This document shows, piece by piece, positions 19,152 to 31,080 of a DNA stretch of 42,470 nt. Source of the stretch: Candidatus Brocadiaceae bacterium (GTDB taxonomy: Bacteria > Planctomycetota > Brocadiia > SM23-32); assembly GCA_003551565.1 (NCBI GenBank), contig PUMZ01000323.1, positions 1 through 42,470 of the forward strand, in the 5' to 3' direction. Each line of letters opens with the position of its first letter. Within the stretch, counting starts at the first letter, position 1. The translations under genes were made by a program, and so were the position numbers. The notes below the pieces were generated by a model. That model worked only from the letters and a program-made list of their open reading frames with translations, searched no databases and had not been told where the DNA came from.

Positions 19152-20156
19152 ATGAGTTCAAATTGCAGGAGAGAGAGTCTTTTTCTGGCGTTGGCCTTTG
19201 CCCTCGGGGTTTTGTGCTCCGGTGCGGCTGTTGCTGCTTCCGGCGGCAGCTGGGGGCCCGATACCGGCACCGTTGACTTCTCCACGGCGCATGAGGAGGG
19301 GGCCGAAGAGCAGTTCCGCCAGGCAGTCGCCCTGATAACCTACGGCTATACAAGGCAGGGGATCCGCCGGCTCAAAAGACTGCTCCGGAGGCATCCGGAC
19401 GCCGATTGGACAGCCACCGCCCACTATCACCTGGGGCTGGCCTATTATCAGCGCGGGCAATATAAAGACGCTTTCCGCCATCTCGGCGAGTTTGTTGCAT
19501 CCCGCCCCGGACCGGACAATGTGCGGACCGCTCAGGAATTGCAGTTGGAATGCGCCCTTAATGTGGGCGGGAGAGATCTTGAGAGGACCCGTTCGCTGTT
19601 CGATGAGCTGACGGCCGCGGCGCATGATGCGGATTTCGCGGCCGAATGCCGGTGGCGCTTCGCCGCTCTGGCGTATGAACGGCGACGTTATCACGCGGCC
19701 ATTGATGCATACCTTGAGTTTATTGACAATCATCCGTGGCACGAAAATGCGCCAGAAGCCTGGTTCTACGTGGCTGCAAGCCAGTACGGTATCGCTTTGC
19801 GCATCGAGCGCGGATTGCAGCATTACAGGGACTCCGAAACGGCTCTGGAGGATTTTTTGTCCCATTTTCCCGACCACCAACGGGCCGAAGAGGCGCAAGG
19901 GATGCTGGAGGATATACGCCGCAGGTGGGCCGAGCGGTCCAGACGGACAGCGGATTTCTACCTGAACGTCAGGAATAATCCACACGCAGCGCTCGACTAC
20001 CTCGGGGATATCCAGGACGACCTCCCCGGCACCGGGCCAGCCGGGCATGCGAGGGAGCGTATGGAGGAGATAACAAAGCAATGGCGAACCCCCGCACCGG
20101 GCGGGTATATCCCCCTGCCGCTCGAGGGGATCCGAAGAAACGAACAGGCGGATTGA
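19152..20156 (+). CDS. Exported tetratricopeptide-repeat protein, BamD-like
   Basis: Signal-like N-terminus, TPR helices with (F/H)P turns, directly upstream of lptE. Confidence 0.7.
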   Translation: MSSNCRRESLFLALAFALGVLCSGAAVAASGGSWGPDTGTVDFSTAHEEGAEEQFRQAVALITYGYTRQGIRRLKRLLRRHPDADWTATAHYHLGLAYYQRGQYKDAFRHLGEFVASRPGPDNVRTAQELQLECALNVGGRDLERTRSLFDELTAAAHDADFAAECRWRFAALAYERRRYHAAIDAYLEFIDNHPWHENAPEAWFYVAASQYGIALRIERGLQHYRDSETALEDFLSHFPDHQRAEEAQGMLEDIRRRWAERSRRTADFYLNVRNNPHAALDYLGDIQDDLPGTGPAGHARERMEEITKQWRTPAPGGYIPLPLEGIRRNEQAD

Positions 20157-20226
20157 GGAACAACGGAGACACGGATGGTTTCCGGCGCCTCCGTTGGGTG
20201 CGGCGGCGTTTGTTGATCGAAGAATT

Positions 20227-20718
20227 ATGAACATGAAAATTCCACTCCAATCAATCCTGACGGCCTTGTTGCTTTTCTCGATGCACGGGTGCGGTTACAC
20301 GGCCGACAGCCTCATTCGCGATGATATCGGCAGCGTTTACGTGGCCTATTTCCGCAACGATACGCGGCAGCATGGCCTGGAGGTCGACCTGAGGCGGGCG
20401 CTTTCGGAAGAGGTGAGGCTGCACACCGGTCTGACACTTGCGCAAAGGGCGGAGGCAGACAGCATACTCGAGGGCGAGCTCATGGACTATTCCATCATTT
20501 CCACCATGTCCGGGGCCGATGACGAGATATTGATGAAGAGGATCAACGTAGGTATCCGGTACCGCTGGCTTGATGGGCTGAGCGGCCGTGAACTGACGCC
20601 ATGGGGAGAACTGGAGGAGAGCGTGTTGCTGGCCGTGGGGCATCAGGAAGCCGAAGCGGAACGGGCGTTCCGGGAAGTGGCGCAGGCCCTGGTTCAGAGC
20701 CTTGAAAGGGAGTGGTAG
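20227..20718 (+). CDS. lptE: LPS assembly lipoprotein LptE-like
   Basis: Lipobox-like MHGC-GY, SVYVAYFRNDT and ADSILEGEL. Confidence 0.75.
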   Translation: MNMKIPLQSILTALLLFSMHGCGYTADSLIRDDIGSVYVAYFRNDTRQHGLEVDLRRALSEEVRLHTGLTLAQRAEADSILEGELMDYSIISTMSGADDEILMKRINVGIRYRWLDGLSGRELTPWGELEESVLLAVGHQEAEAERAFREVAQALVQSLEREW

Positions 20719-20830
20719 TGGTAACGGAATCGGTCGCCGGAGCTATGGCAACCACCCGGGCCGCCGCTGCATAGGGATGTGAAACGAACAGGACGATCAA
20801 CCCTGTCAGAGAAAAAGGGAGAAGACATAT

Positions 20831-22900
20831 ATGAACGAAGATCCGAGGAAAAACAGAAATAAAAAAGGCGTGCCGCCCCGCTCTGAAGGGCCGCCGCCGC
20901 CGAGGATCGGCAGGCAACTGCTGATATGGATGGTGGTCATAGCCAGCGTGCTGGTCGTGCTCATGGTGTTCCGGCGCACGACCGAGCCGCAGGTGGAGAC
21001 GGTGGATTTGAAGTCGCTTGAGAGGCATATTGAGAATGAAGACATCCAATCGATGGAGATCAAGGATTGGAAAGTGACCGCCGTGCTAACGCCCGATGCC
21101 GCGGCGCGGAGCGAATATGAAAAGATACAGGCAACGGTCAGCCCGGGGTACCGGGACATGAGACTCGAGGCATGGCAGGAAAGACTGCCCGACCGGCCGC
21201 GGGAGATGGTGCTGACCGTCGACGAGGACTCCGCCATATGGCCAATGATCCTCGCAAACGTGCTGCCGATCCTTATCCTGCTGCTCGTGTTGATGTACTT
21301 TTTCAAACGCCAGATGCAGGCGGCCGGCGGAGGTGCGGGCCAATTCCCCTTTTCCAAGAGCAAAGTGGCGATGAACAAACAGGAAAAACCAAAAGTCACT
21401 TTTGAGGATGTGGCCGGAGTTGACGAGGCCAAGGACGAGCTGAAGGAAACGGTCGAATTTCTGAAAAACCCGGAGAGGTTCCAGAAAATTGGCGGTCGGA
21501 CCCCGCGTGGAGTGCTCCTGGTCGGCCATCCCGGCACCGGCAAGACCCTGCTTTCCAAGGCTGTGGCCGGAGAAGCGGGGGTTCCCTTTTTCAGCCTCTC
21601 CGGCTCCGATTTCGTCGAGCTGTTTGTGGGCGTCGGCGCTTCCCGGGCGCGCGATCTGTTCTCCAAGGCCAAAGAGAACCAGCCGTGCATTATTTTTCTG
21701 GACGAAATCGATGCCGTAGGCCGCAAACGCGGCGCCGGACTCGGCGGGGGGCATGACGAGCGGGAGCAGACTCTGAACGCCATCCTCAGCGAGATGGACG
21801 GGTTCGAACGACAGGATGGCATCATCGTTATAGCCGCCACCAACAGGCCGGACGTGCTCGACCCCGCACTTCTGCGCCCGGGACGTTTCGATCGCCAGAT
21901 CGTTGTGGACCTTCCCGACCTGAAAGGCCGCGAGGCGATTCTCAAGGTCCACTCACGCCGCGTGCGGCTGGAGAAGGGAGTGGACCTGAGCGTGATCGCC
22001 CGTGGCACCCCGGGGTTCAGCGGCGCGGATCTTGAAGCGCTTATCAACGAGGGAGCCCTGATCGCAGGCGGACGCGGCAAGGAAAGTGTTGATATCGCCG
22101 ACCTGGAGGAGGCAAGGGATAAGGTGCGCTTCGGACGGCAGAAGAAAAGCAGAGTCATGAGCGATGAAGACAGGAAGATGACGGCATATCATGAGGCCGG
22201 ACACGCCCTCATAGCACTGCTGAACCCGGATGTCGAGCCGCTGCACAAGGTGAGCATCATCCCGCGCGGTATGGCGCTGGGAATGACCATGATCCTGCCG
22301 GAGAAAGATAAATACGGAATGAAAAGACGGGAATGTTTCGGTACACTCCAGATGCAGATGGCCGGACGGGTGGCCGAATCGATTTTTTGTGACGATATCT
22401 CCTCCGGCGCCAAAGATGATATCGAGAATGCGACGAAACTCGCCCGGCGAATGATAACGCAGTGGGGTATGAGCGAGAAAATGGGCGCCGTCAGCTATTC
22501 GGATGAAGAGGAACACGTCTTCCTCGGCAGTGAAATCTCCCGCGCAAGGAAGCACGGGGAGAAGATCGCTCAGCAGATCGATGAAGAAATACACAGATTT
22601 CTGCACGAAGCTCACGAAGAAGCCAAAGCGACGATCCAGAAACACATCGACCAGGTTGAAGATATCGGTGAGGCGCTTCTGAAGCTGGAAACGCTTGATG
22701 AAGAGGATGTGAAACAGATCGTTGAAGGCAAAAGCGCCGATGAACTCGTCAGCGAAAAGCGCGCGCGCAAAGCCGCGCAAGAGGCTGAAAGTTCCACCCA
22801 ACACGCCGCTGAGGGCAAAGATGATAAAGCAGAAGACCTCAGCAAGGAAGAGGATACCGAAACCGGCCCCGCGCCCGCCCCGGCCGGAAGCCCGGCGTGA
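20831..22900 (+). CDS. ftsH: ATP-dependent zinc metalloprotease FtsH
   Basis: Two TM helices, [36 protein letters not shown] and HEAGH. Confidence 0.97.
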   Translation: MNEDPRKNRNKKGVPPRSEGPPPPRIGRQLLIWMVVIASVLVVLMVFRRTTEPQVETVDLKSLERHIENEDIQSMEIKDWKVTAVLTPDAAARSEYEKIQATVSPGYRDMRLEAWQERLPDRPREMVLTVDEDSAIWPMILANVLPILILLLVLMYFFKRQMQAAGGGAGQFPFSKSKVAMNKQEKPKVTFEDVAGVDEAKDELKETVEFLKNPERFQKIGGRTPRGVLLVGHPGTGKTLLSKAVAGEAGVPFFSLSGSDFVELFVGVGASRARDLFSKAKENQPCIIFLDEIDAVGRKRGAGLGGGHDEREQTLNAILSEMDGFERQDGIIVIAATNRPDVLDPALLRPGRFDRQIVVDLPDLKGREAILKVHSRRVRLEKGVDLSVIARGTPGFSGADLEALINEGALIAGGRGKESVDIADLEEARDKVRFGRQKKSRVMSDEDRKMTAYHEAGHALIALLNPDVEPLHKVSIIPRGMALGMTMILPEKDKYGMKRRECFGTLQMQMAGRVAESIFCDDISSGAKDDIENATKLARRMITQWGMSEKMGAVSYSDEEEHVFLGSEISRARKHGEKIAQQIDEEIHRFLHEAHEEAKATIQKHIDQVEDIGEALLKLETLDEEDVKQIVEGKSADELVSEKRARKAAQEAESSTQHAAEGKDDKAEDLSKEEDTETGPAPAPAGSPA

Positions 22901-23021
22901 GGCGCCCCACACGGACCATGGAAAGGCGGAAGAATCTCTATGATACGCCGGGCGGCAACTCCCGGCGCAAATGCGCCGCCGCCGGGGGGATCACCCGCGT
23001 GCCGGGTCGATATGAGCCGGG

Positions 23022-24065
23022 CTACTCATCACCGTAGCACAGCGAATCCAGGAGCGCCGGATCGCTGAGCCGCTCGTCGATATCAACGCCGAAAGCGTTT
23101 GTGATGGGTTGGAAAACCTCCGGATTGTTGCGCTGGACGCTGAGCGCGGCGTCCCGTACAACACCGATGCCCTCTCCCGTCATCTTCCCGAGCGGCCGCC
23201 GGGGCGGGCCGACCTCCATACCCAGCAGATTCATCAGGGTTTTGACCGGGACGGGGTTGCGTGCCTTGCAAAGCCTCGCCCCCCAGGGGCTCTGTTGCCG
23301 GGTTGTTACGGTAACGATTTCCAGCAGCGGCTTGAGGGCGTCGTGCCACTTGCGCCCCTTGGCGATGTCGCCTTCAAGCACGGCCTCCGTCATCTGCTGG
23401 ACGGCTGCGGGCGCTACGTTCGAGATGACGCTGATGACTCCTCCGGCGTTGATTTCTTCGTCCGTCATCGCCAGAAAAGTCATATCGTCGTCTCCGCTGA
23501 GTATCCGCAGCGACGCCCCCGCGCACAGGCGGGTGCGCCGCATATTGTCAGGGTCTCCGCTTGCCTCCTTGACCGTGTTGACGTTATCGTAACGTTCGTG
23601 AAGAAGTGCCAGGTCTTCCGGCAGGAGCTGGGTGCCGCTGCGTCCCGGGATGACGTAAGGGATGATTTCCAGCTCCGGGAATTTCTCCGCAACCGGGCCG
23701 ATATATTCGCGCCTTATCTCCATGGAACTCGGCCCGTTGTAATAGGGCTCCACCAGCAGCACGGCTTCAATGCCGAGCCCGGCGGCATGGGCTGTGCTGC
23801 GCATGGATTCCCGGGTGCAATTGGAGCCGGTCCCCGCTATAGTCGTAAAGCGGTTCTTGGCGAACTCCAGGGTCTTTTCGATCACTTCTGAATGCTCCTC
23901 CCAGTTCAAAGTGGGACTCTCTCCCGTGGTGCCCATTGCGAGAAGACCGCTTACACCGGCGGCAGCCTGGAAATCAACCAGACGGCGGAGCATATCATAA
24001 TCGACTTCCCTGCTTCCATCTCCTTTCATCGGCGTTACCAACGCCGTATAGCAACCCTGAAACAT
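23022..24065 (-). CDS. dapA: 4-hydroxy-tetrahydrodipicolinate synthase (with C-terminal extension)
   Basis: ALVTP, GTTGESPTL, AGTGSN, PYYN, VKEASG and LSGDD. Confidence 0.92.
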   Translation of the reverse strand: MFQGCYTALVTPMKGDGSREVDYDMLRRLVDFQAAAGVSGLLAMGTTGESPTLNWEEHSEVIEKTLEFAKNRFTTIAGTGSNCTRESMRSTAHAAGLGIEAVLLVEPYYNGPSSMEIRREYIGPVAEKFPELEIIPYVIPGRSGTQLLPEDLALLHERYDNVNTVKEASGDPDNMRRTRLCAGASLRILSGDDDMTFLAMTDEEINAGGVISVISNVAPAAVQQMTEAVLEGDIAKGRKWHDALKPLLEIVTVTTRQQSPWGARLCKARNPVPVKTLMNLLGMEVGPPRRPLGKMTGEGIGVVRDAALSVQRNNPEVFQPITNAFGVDIDERLSDPALLDSLCYGDE

Positions 24066-24433
24066 GTACGTTCTCCCGTGAAATTCGCGGCAACCAGTAG
24101 CGTGAGAATCTCAGTTATTTCCAAAATACAAACTGATATTCCAATTAAAGCGGCTGCATTGGTGGTGAAGTGCAACAATATACGACGGAACGGAAAGTCC
24201 AACGAATACTCCTGCCGACCTCGCGGCGAGGCTGTGAACAACTATAGCCGATTGTGCCGCCCCTGTCAAGCGGGCTTTCGTGCGCCTTTTCAGGCGCCTT
24301 CATGGACAAGAATCGGCTCCCTTTTTCCTGATGGGTGAAAGATCATCGATAACGATCATACATTTGTGCCGAACACCGTTTTGTGTTATACTCACCCCGG
24401 AAATGGAACTACTGCAAATGAGGGTTATACAAG

Positions 24434-24769
24434 ATGTATGCCGTAATAAACGACAAAGGCAACCAATACAGGGTAGCGGAAGGCGAGGAGGTTCTGATTG
24501 ACGCTTTAAAGGCGCCGATTGGCGATCTGATAGAATTCGATCATGTCTTGATGGTTGGCGGATGCGAAGATGAGGAACCCAAAATCGGGCGACCGGAGAT
24601 CCAGGGGGCCAGGGTTCTGGCCGAGGTCGTGGCCCATGAGCGCGGTCCCAAAGTGCATACCGTGCGTTTTAAAGGGCCTTCTCAGACGACGATAGGGCAT
24701 CGACAGAACTATACCAGAGTGAAAATAAGCGAAATTCATCCAGATTGGGGAGTGGAAAATGGCGCATAA
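24434..24769 (+). CDS. rplU: 50S ribosomal protein L21
   Basis: MYAVI..G.QYRV.EG and GHRQNYT; first gene of rplU-rpmA-obgE. Confidence 0.92.
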   Translation: MYAVINDKGNQYRVAEGEEVLIDALKAPIGDLIEFDHVLMVGGCEDEEPKIGRPEIQGARVLAEVVAHERGPKVHTVRFKGPSQTTIGHRQNYTRVKISEIHPDWGVENGA

Positions 24770-25001
24770 AAAAGGACAGGGATCGACCCAGAACGTAACT
24801 GACAGTAAGCCGAAATACCGTGGTGTCAAGCGATTCGGCGGACAGCACGTGCGTGCAGGCAATATCATCGTGCGCCAGTGCGGGACGAAGTTCAAGCCGG
24901 GCCGCAACGTCGGTTGCGGACGCGACTACACCCTGTTTGCTACAAGCGATGGTGTTGTGGAGTTCGGCGCCGGGCGCCGTATTAACGTCACGCCGCAGTA
25001 G
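24759..25001 (+). CDS. rpmA: 50S ribosomal protein L27
   Basis: [19 protein letters not shown] and GRDYTLFA. Confidence 0.97.
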   Translation: MAHKKGQGSTQNVTDSKPKYRGVKRFGGQHVRAGNIIVRQCGTKFKPGRNVGCGRDYTLFATSDGVVEFGAGRRINVTPQ

Positions 25002-25085
25002 CATAACAGCAATGCGTGGTGGCAGAGCGCCTTGAAGTGGGCGGACGAACCGAATCCTTGCGCCCCGCCCCGATCTATCCATTGA

Positions 25086-26138
<1,053 letters not shown>

Positions 26139-26336
26139 CTTCGGGTTGACTTTTCTGCTATTATATCAGCGATTTGTCCAAAAGGAGTGGATTGGAAGAA
26201 CAGGGCGTGGTCCTCTTTGCCGTTGCAGCGTTGGTGATCGGGATTGGCGCCGCTGTGAGGAATCTGCGGACAGGAATTATATTTATCGTTCCTTTTATCT
26301 TTCTCATCCGAACACTTTTTTACTCCGGAGGTAGCT

Positions 26337-26498
26337 ATGAGCTTACTGAACATATTGGCCCTTGTTGTGGGAATTATCGCTGTCGTCGTCTATTTTACCG
26401 GCGTGCGCAACAACAAGTCCTGGGGCACACCGGTCTTTGTCTTATCGGCCCTGGCAGCAATCATACTGGTCGTTGTCGAGATGGTAAGGGTCTGGTGA
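26337..26498 (+). CDS. Small 53-aa membrane protein with two predicted TM helices (below the ORF-track cutoff)
   Basis: GGAGGT RBS just before the ATG; MSLLNILALVVGIIAVVVYFTGVRNNKSWGTPVFVLSALAAIILVVVEMVRVW. Confidence 0.7.
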   Translation: MSLLNILALVVGIIAVVVYFTGVRNNKSWGTPVFVLSALAAIILVVVEMVRVW

Positions 26499-26850
26499 AT
26501 ACGGGCGGGAGAATGCCGGCCCCAAAATGTCCTCTCCAATCGCAGCAGGGAAGAAGGACCCGAATTCACCCCGCCGATGGGTGAACGTTGGTGTTGCCTT
26601 GCTTGTTGCTTGCTTCCGGAAGGAAGAGGGAAGGATGGTGCCTGAGGCTGTCCCGCAGGGCTGGGGCAGGTGAAATCGTCCCGTGCATTCCGTAGCTCAA
26701 AGCCGCATGAACCGATCGCGGTTCCGAACGGGAGCCCGGTGCAGGCGCGGAACGCAAGCAGGGAATATCAAATCGTCTGCAAGCCCGCAGGCTCCTCCAA
26801 ACCTCTGCAAAGAGGCCGCATTTCACGGTATATGAGGATGAGGAAGGGAT

Positions 26851-27225
26851 ATGAAAGAGAACATGAAAGTCAAGGTCAGATTCAAGCTTGAACAGGAAAA
26901 AGGCAAGGTCCTGCCCATACGCAGAATAGCGGTGGGTGAACTCAAAAAGATTCCTGAGTCCCATTTTGTACCGGAAACTGTGGCAGAGCATTTTATTTTC
27001 CTGGAAGGCAGGAATTTTTTCGTTGAGAAGCACCAGCAAATAGCGGATACAGTGCAGGAAGAGACAAAGCAGATGTTTATCCCGCTTGCGGAAATACGTT
27101 CCATTACCGTCTTGCCGGACGATATCGATATCTATGATATGGAGTATAAGATATCGGGAAACCGGTTGATATGCCAGAGCACAAAACACCAGGTGACATT
27201 GCGTGAAGAGGGGAGGGTGCGGTGA
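26851..27225 (+). CDS. Hypothetical protein, 124 aa
   Basis: Purine-rich RBS region (GAGGAAGGG), globular composition, fills the gap; no family recognised. Confidence 0.7.
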   Translation: MKENMKVKVRFKLEQEKGKVLPIRRIAVGELKKIPESHFVPETVAEHFIFLEGRNFFVEKHQQIADTVQEETKQMFIPLAEIRSITVLPDDIDIYDMEYKISGNRLICQSTKHQVTLREEGRVR

Positions 27226-27232
27226 GGCAGGC

Positions 27233-27468
27233 TATCCCGCATGTTTCATAAACCAAAGACATCGTTATGGTATTTTGCTAAGCTTTCCTTCCTAAAAAAG
27301 CGTCTGTATATGGTGTGCATTCTTAATAACTTCAAGAGGTCATGGAAAAACAAAATCGTTTGCCGTACTATTAATTCTTTTCATATTCGTTTTCGTTGTT
27401 GAAAAGAATTGGGCTTTTGCTTTCTTCTGCCGCATCTGCACCACCGAGAACGCGTGAAACAAGCGCTA
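27233..27468 (-). mobile_element. Repeat element E4, a MITE-like unit of about 236 bp: B end + unique AT-rich core + A end
   Basis: Left TATCCCGCATGTTTCATAAACCAAAGAC is the reverse complement of the B ends at about 7918-7935 and 38633-38660; right CATCTGCACCACCGAGAACGCGTGAAACA is the reverse complement of module A; ends at the TAG of pgsA. Confidence 0.8.
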
Positions 27469-28071
27469 TTGCAGTTGCTGATCCGAATTCCTCATTGCCG
27501 TGACAGCCCCCCTGTTCGAAAGGACATAATCCGCTCCGGAAGCGACGGTCACGAGTGCGACCGGGATCATGACGAGGTAAAACACGAAGGTCCGCATTGC
27601 CATATCAACCGATTCGGGGAAGAGAAAGTAGGCGGACCTGACGGAGAGGAAAATGATGATCCCCGCTCCCTGCACCACCGCCTTGATCTTTCCGCTCTTC
27701 CTGGCGGCAAGCACGACGCCGGAGGAGGCGGCAAATATCCGCACATACGAGACGATAGCGTCGCGATAAAATATGAAGGCGACGATAAGCACCGGCCAGG
27801 GGTGCTCTCTGACCGAGGCTTCGGTGGTAAAGGCGAGGAATATGCTGAACCTCGCCACACTGTCCGCAAGCGGGTCGATCAGTTTCCCCAGCGCGCTGAC
27901 CCGGCCGATATTGCGCGCAACATACCCATCGAGCATGTCGGTTATTTCAAATGCCAGTGCCAGGCCCAGGGCGGCCAGTGCGGCGCCGGTCGAATTGATC
28001 AGAAAAAAAACTATGAAAAGGGGGGCAAGCAGAAGGCGGGAGAGCGTCAGTATATTGGCCAGTTGTGCCAT
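27466..28071 (-). CDS. pgsA: CDP-diacylglycerol--glycerol-3-phosphate 3-phosphatidyltransferase
   Basis: ANILTLSR, TDMLDGYVAR, GKLIDPLAD and GKIKA. Confidence 0.88.
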   Translation of the reverse strand: MAQLANILTLSRLLLAPLFIVFFLINSTGAALAALGLALAFEITDMLDGYVARNIGRVSALGKLIDPLADSVARFSIFLAFTTEASVREHPWPVLIVAFIFYRDAIVSYVRIFAASSGVVLAARKSGKIKAVVQGAGIIIFLSVRSAYFLFPESVDMAMRTFVFYLVMIPVALVTVASGADYVLSNRGAVTAMRNSDQQLQ

Positions 28072-28076
28072 GAGTT

Positions 28077-28646
28077 TTATACTTTCATAAGATCTTCGTG
28101 TTTTTCCGCGCGCAGTTTCTCAATCTGCTGCGAATGCCGGTCGGTTATCTCCTGAACTTCCTCGCATGCCCCCTCGCATTCGTCCTCGCTGATCTTTGAA
28201 TCCTTTTTGAGTTTTTCCAGCTCTTTGTTGGCGTCCCGGCGGACATTGCGGATGGCCACGCGAGCGTCCTCGGCCATGTTTTTCACGTGCGCGGCCAGCT
28301 CCACCCTGCGCTTCTCACTGAGTCCGGGGATGTTTAACCGGATAACCCTGCCATCGCTTTGCGGGTTGATCCCTATATCGCTGGCCTGGATGGCCTTGAC
28401 CATAGGCTCGAGGACGGACGGATCATAGGGTTTGATAACAATGAGTTGTGGATCCGGTACCCCGATATTGGCAAGCTGGTTCAGCGGGGTCGGGGAACCG
28501 TAATAATCAACCCTTATCGTTTCGACAATCGCGGGATTGGCAGTGCCGGCGCGCAGACGTTTGAGCGAGTCGGCATAGACCCCAACCGCCTTATCCATCC
28601 TGTCTTCAGCATCCAACAATATTTCATCAAGATCCATTTTTGTCAT
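28077..28646 (-). CDS. frr: Ribosome recycling factor
   Basis: LRAGTANP, YYGSPTPL and ARVAIRNVRRDAN; operon context. Confidence 0.96.
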   Translation of the reverse strand: MTKMDLDEILLDAEDRMDKAVGVYADSLKRLRAGTANPAIVETIRVDYYGSPTPLNQLANIGVPDPQLIVIKPYDPSVLEPMVKAIQASDIGINPQSDGRVIRLNIPGLSEKRRVELAAHVKNMAEDARVAIRNVRRDANKELEKLKKDSKISEDECEGACEEVQEITDRHSQQIEKLRAEKHEDLMKV

Positions 28647-29364
28647 GACCTATAAAAGTACCTACGGAGTCCCCCGAAATGGCACGCTGCAGATTTCCTT
28701 CCTCCCCGAAATTGAAAACCCTGACCGGCATACCATGATCTCTGCACAGGGCGATGGCAGAATAGTCCATTATAGCAAGCTTGCGGTTCAAAATGTCCTC
28801 ATAGGTTAAAGACGCGAAAAACTCCGAAGAACCGTCCGTTTCGGGATCCGCGGAGTAGACGCCGTCAACCCTGGTTGCTTTCAATACAACCTCCATCCCC
28901 AGCTGCACCGCCCTGAGCGCCGCGGCGGTATCGGTCGTAAAGAACGGATGGCCGGTGCCTCCGGCGAGTACGACCACGCCACCCCTGTCCAGTTCTTCCT
29001 GACACCGGTCGGGATCGAAGCCCCCGACAACGTTCGTTATGGGCAGGGCGCTGCAAATATGAGTTGTTAGACCGCATTCCTCCAGTTTCTGGCAAAGCGC
29101 CAGACCGTTGACCATGGTCGCCACCATCCCGGCGTTGTCGGCCTGCATGCGGGAGGCGCCGTTGCCCCCGCCGAAACCGGATCCACGGATGATGTTTCCC
29201 GCCCCCGGGACGACGGCCAGGGCACAGCCGGCCCGTGCGGCCGCGGCAATCTCACCGGCTATGTACCTCAGTTGCCGCTGATCGAAACCCGCTCCGTTCA
29301 CGCCGGCAAAGGCATTGCCGCTGAGTTTGAGCAAAACCTTACCGTAACGGCTCGCGGCACACAT
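28627..29364 (-). CDS. pyrH: Uridylate kinase
   Basis: LLKLSG, GTGHPFFTTDTAAALRA and KATRVDGVYSADP; start moved to ATG 29364. Confidence 0.95.
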   Translation of the reverse strand: MCAASRYGKVLLKLSGNAFAGVNGAGFDQRQLRYIAGEIAAAARAGCALAVVPGAGNIIRGSGFGGGNGASRMQADNAGMVATMVNGLALCQKLEECGLTTHICSALPITNVVGGFDPDRCQEELDRGGVVVLAGGTGHPFFTTDTAAALRAVQLGMEVVLKATRVDGVYSADPETDGSSEFFASLTYEDILNRKLAIMDYSAIALCRDHGMPVRVFNFGEEGNLQRAISGDSVGTFIGHDKNGS

Positions 29365-29467
29365 ACGCTCCCCTCGCCTGTTGAAATGTCTGCACCCGGC
29401 ATGCATCCTGATCCAGCTGTTGAAACTCTCTCACCGCGGGTAAAATCGGAGTCCTTGAATCGCCGCC

Positions 29468-30067
29468 TTACGTTGCCGTCTCGCCGACCTCCATGCGGAC
29501 GAACCGGGCAAGCGTGATTTTCTCGCCGATCTTGCCGATTGTGCGGTCAATGAGTTCGCCGATCGAGACCGAATCATCCCGAATCCAACCCTGATCCAGA
29601 AGGCAGTTCTCCGCAAAAAACTTCTCGAGCTTCCCTTCCACGATTTTTTCGACAACGTTGTCGGGCTTGTCCTTGACCTGGTCTCTGTATATTGCTTTCT
29701 CCTCTTCAAGCCGGTCCTCCGGGATGTCATCCCGGCCGACAGCCGACGGATTCATGGCGGCGATCTGCATACATATTTCCCGGCCGAGTTGCTGGAACTC
29801 CTCATTGCGGGCCACGAAATCGGTCTCGCAGTTCAGTTCTGCCATAACTCCTATTTTTGCGTCGGGGTGAAGGTACTGAAAGATGACCCCTTCGTTGGCG
29901 GTCCGGCTGCTCTTTTTCTTCTCCGCTTTGGCGATACCCTTCTTGCGAAGCACCGTCATGGCCTCTTGCTGATCGCCTCCGGTCTCTGTCAGCGCCTTCT
30001 TGCAATCCATCAGACCGGCGCCGGTTTTCTCTCTCAGTTCCCGAACCTCTTCGGCAGAAATAGACAT
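29468..30067 (-). CDS. tsf: Elongation factor Ts (short form)
   Basis: LREKTGAGLMDCKKAL and ELNCETDFVARN. Confidence 0.97.
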   Translation of the reverse strand: MSISAEEVRELREKTGAGLMDCKKALTETGGDQQEAMTVLRKKGIAKAEKKKSSRTANEGVIFQYLHPDAKIGVMAELNCETDFVARNEEFQQLGREICMQIAAMNPSAVGRDDIPEDRLEEEKAIYRDQVKDKPDNVVEKIVEGKLEKFFAENCLLDQGWIRDDSVSIGELIDRTIGKIGEKITLARFVRMEVGETAT

Positions 30068-30103
30068 ACCCCAAAATCTCCTTTGCTGTGGTGTTTATAG
30101 CTT

Positions 30104-30973
30104 TTATTCCGACTCTGATTCACTGACGGGTGCTGGCCCCGCTTTGTCCTCCTCATCGTTGGAACCCCCGGCCGGCTGCACCTGCTGCTTTTCATCCCCT
30201 TCCGCTCCGCCGGCACTGTCATGGACGCTTTCGCGCTCTTTGGCGGCTTTTGCGTCGTCCTCCTTTTTCTCTTTCTCCACTTTTGCCCGCTCCCTGCCCC
30301 GCAGTACGGCGTCCGCCATTTCGCGCGTGAATATTTCAATGGAACGGATCGCATCATCGTTGGCGGGGGCGGGAATGTCCACCTGTTCCGGGTCGGCGTC
30401 GGTGTCCAGCCATGCAACGGTCGGAATATGCAATTTGATCGCGTCACGCACGGCGATATCCTCTTTCCGGGGGTCCACCACGACAAGCAAACCCGGCAGG
30501 CCGTCCATATCCCTGACGCCGCCGAGGTTGCGTTTTATCTTGCGGGCTTCGCGCCGGAACGAAGATATCATCTTCTTGCTGAAGTCATTGATCCTGCCGG
30601 TCCGCTCCAGCTCCTCCAGCTCCTCCAAACGCTGCAAGCGGCTCCTGATCGTCTGATAATTTGTCAGCAGCCCGCCCAGCCACCTCTCGACGACATAGGG
30701 CATGCCGCAGCGTTCGGCCTCTTTGCGTGTTATCTGGCGCGCCTGCCGCTTGGTTCCGACAAAAAGCACATACTCACCTCGCCTGGCAATCTCCTCGACC
30801 ACCTTGCCGGCGGTGATCAGCCCCCGCAAGGTCTCCTTGATATCAATGATATGGATCAGATTGCGTTTCTTCAGTATATAGGGCGCCATCTTCGGATTCC
30901 ACCTGCTGCTGCGGTGCCCGAAATGTACGCCCGCTCCGATCAATTCTTCCAGATTTGCATTTACCGGTGTCAA
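30104..30973 (-). CDS. rpsB: 30S ribosomal protein S2 with acidic C-terminal tail
   Basis: AGVHFGH..WNPKM, FVGTKRQA, RWLGGLLTN and PANDDAIRS; TTG start with GAGGAG RBS. Confidence 0.96.
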   Translation of the reverse strand: MTPVNANLEELIGAGVHFGHRSSRWNPKMAPYILKKRNLIHIIDIKETLRGLITAGKVVEEIARRGEYVLFVGTKRQARQITRKEAERCGMPYVVERWLGGLLTNYQTIRSRLQRLEELEELERTGRINDFSKKMISSFRREARKIKRNLGGVRDMDGLPGLLVVVDPRKEDIAVRDAIKLHIPTVAWLDTDADPEQVDIPAPANDDAIRSIEIFTREMADAVLRGRERAKVEKEKKEDDAKAAKERESVHDSAGGAEGDEKQQVQPAGGSNDEEDKAGPAPVSESESE

Positions 30974-31080
30974 ACGATACTCCTCAAAATTATCATAGTT
31001 CTATAGTTAAACGTCTTTACACTTGTTTCCGCTTGCCGCTTCCGCTGTGTAAAAAAAAACGCCCACCCATACAGCCGGAT

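Noticed and set aside
29468-30067. Short EF-Ts as a truncation
   Set aside because: The roughly 200-aa EF-Ts form is well known in several phyla and its motifs are intact.
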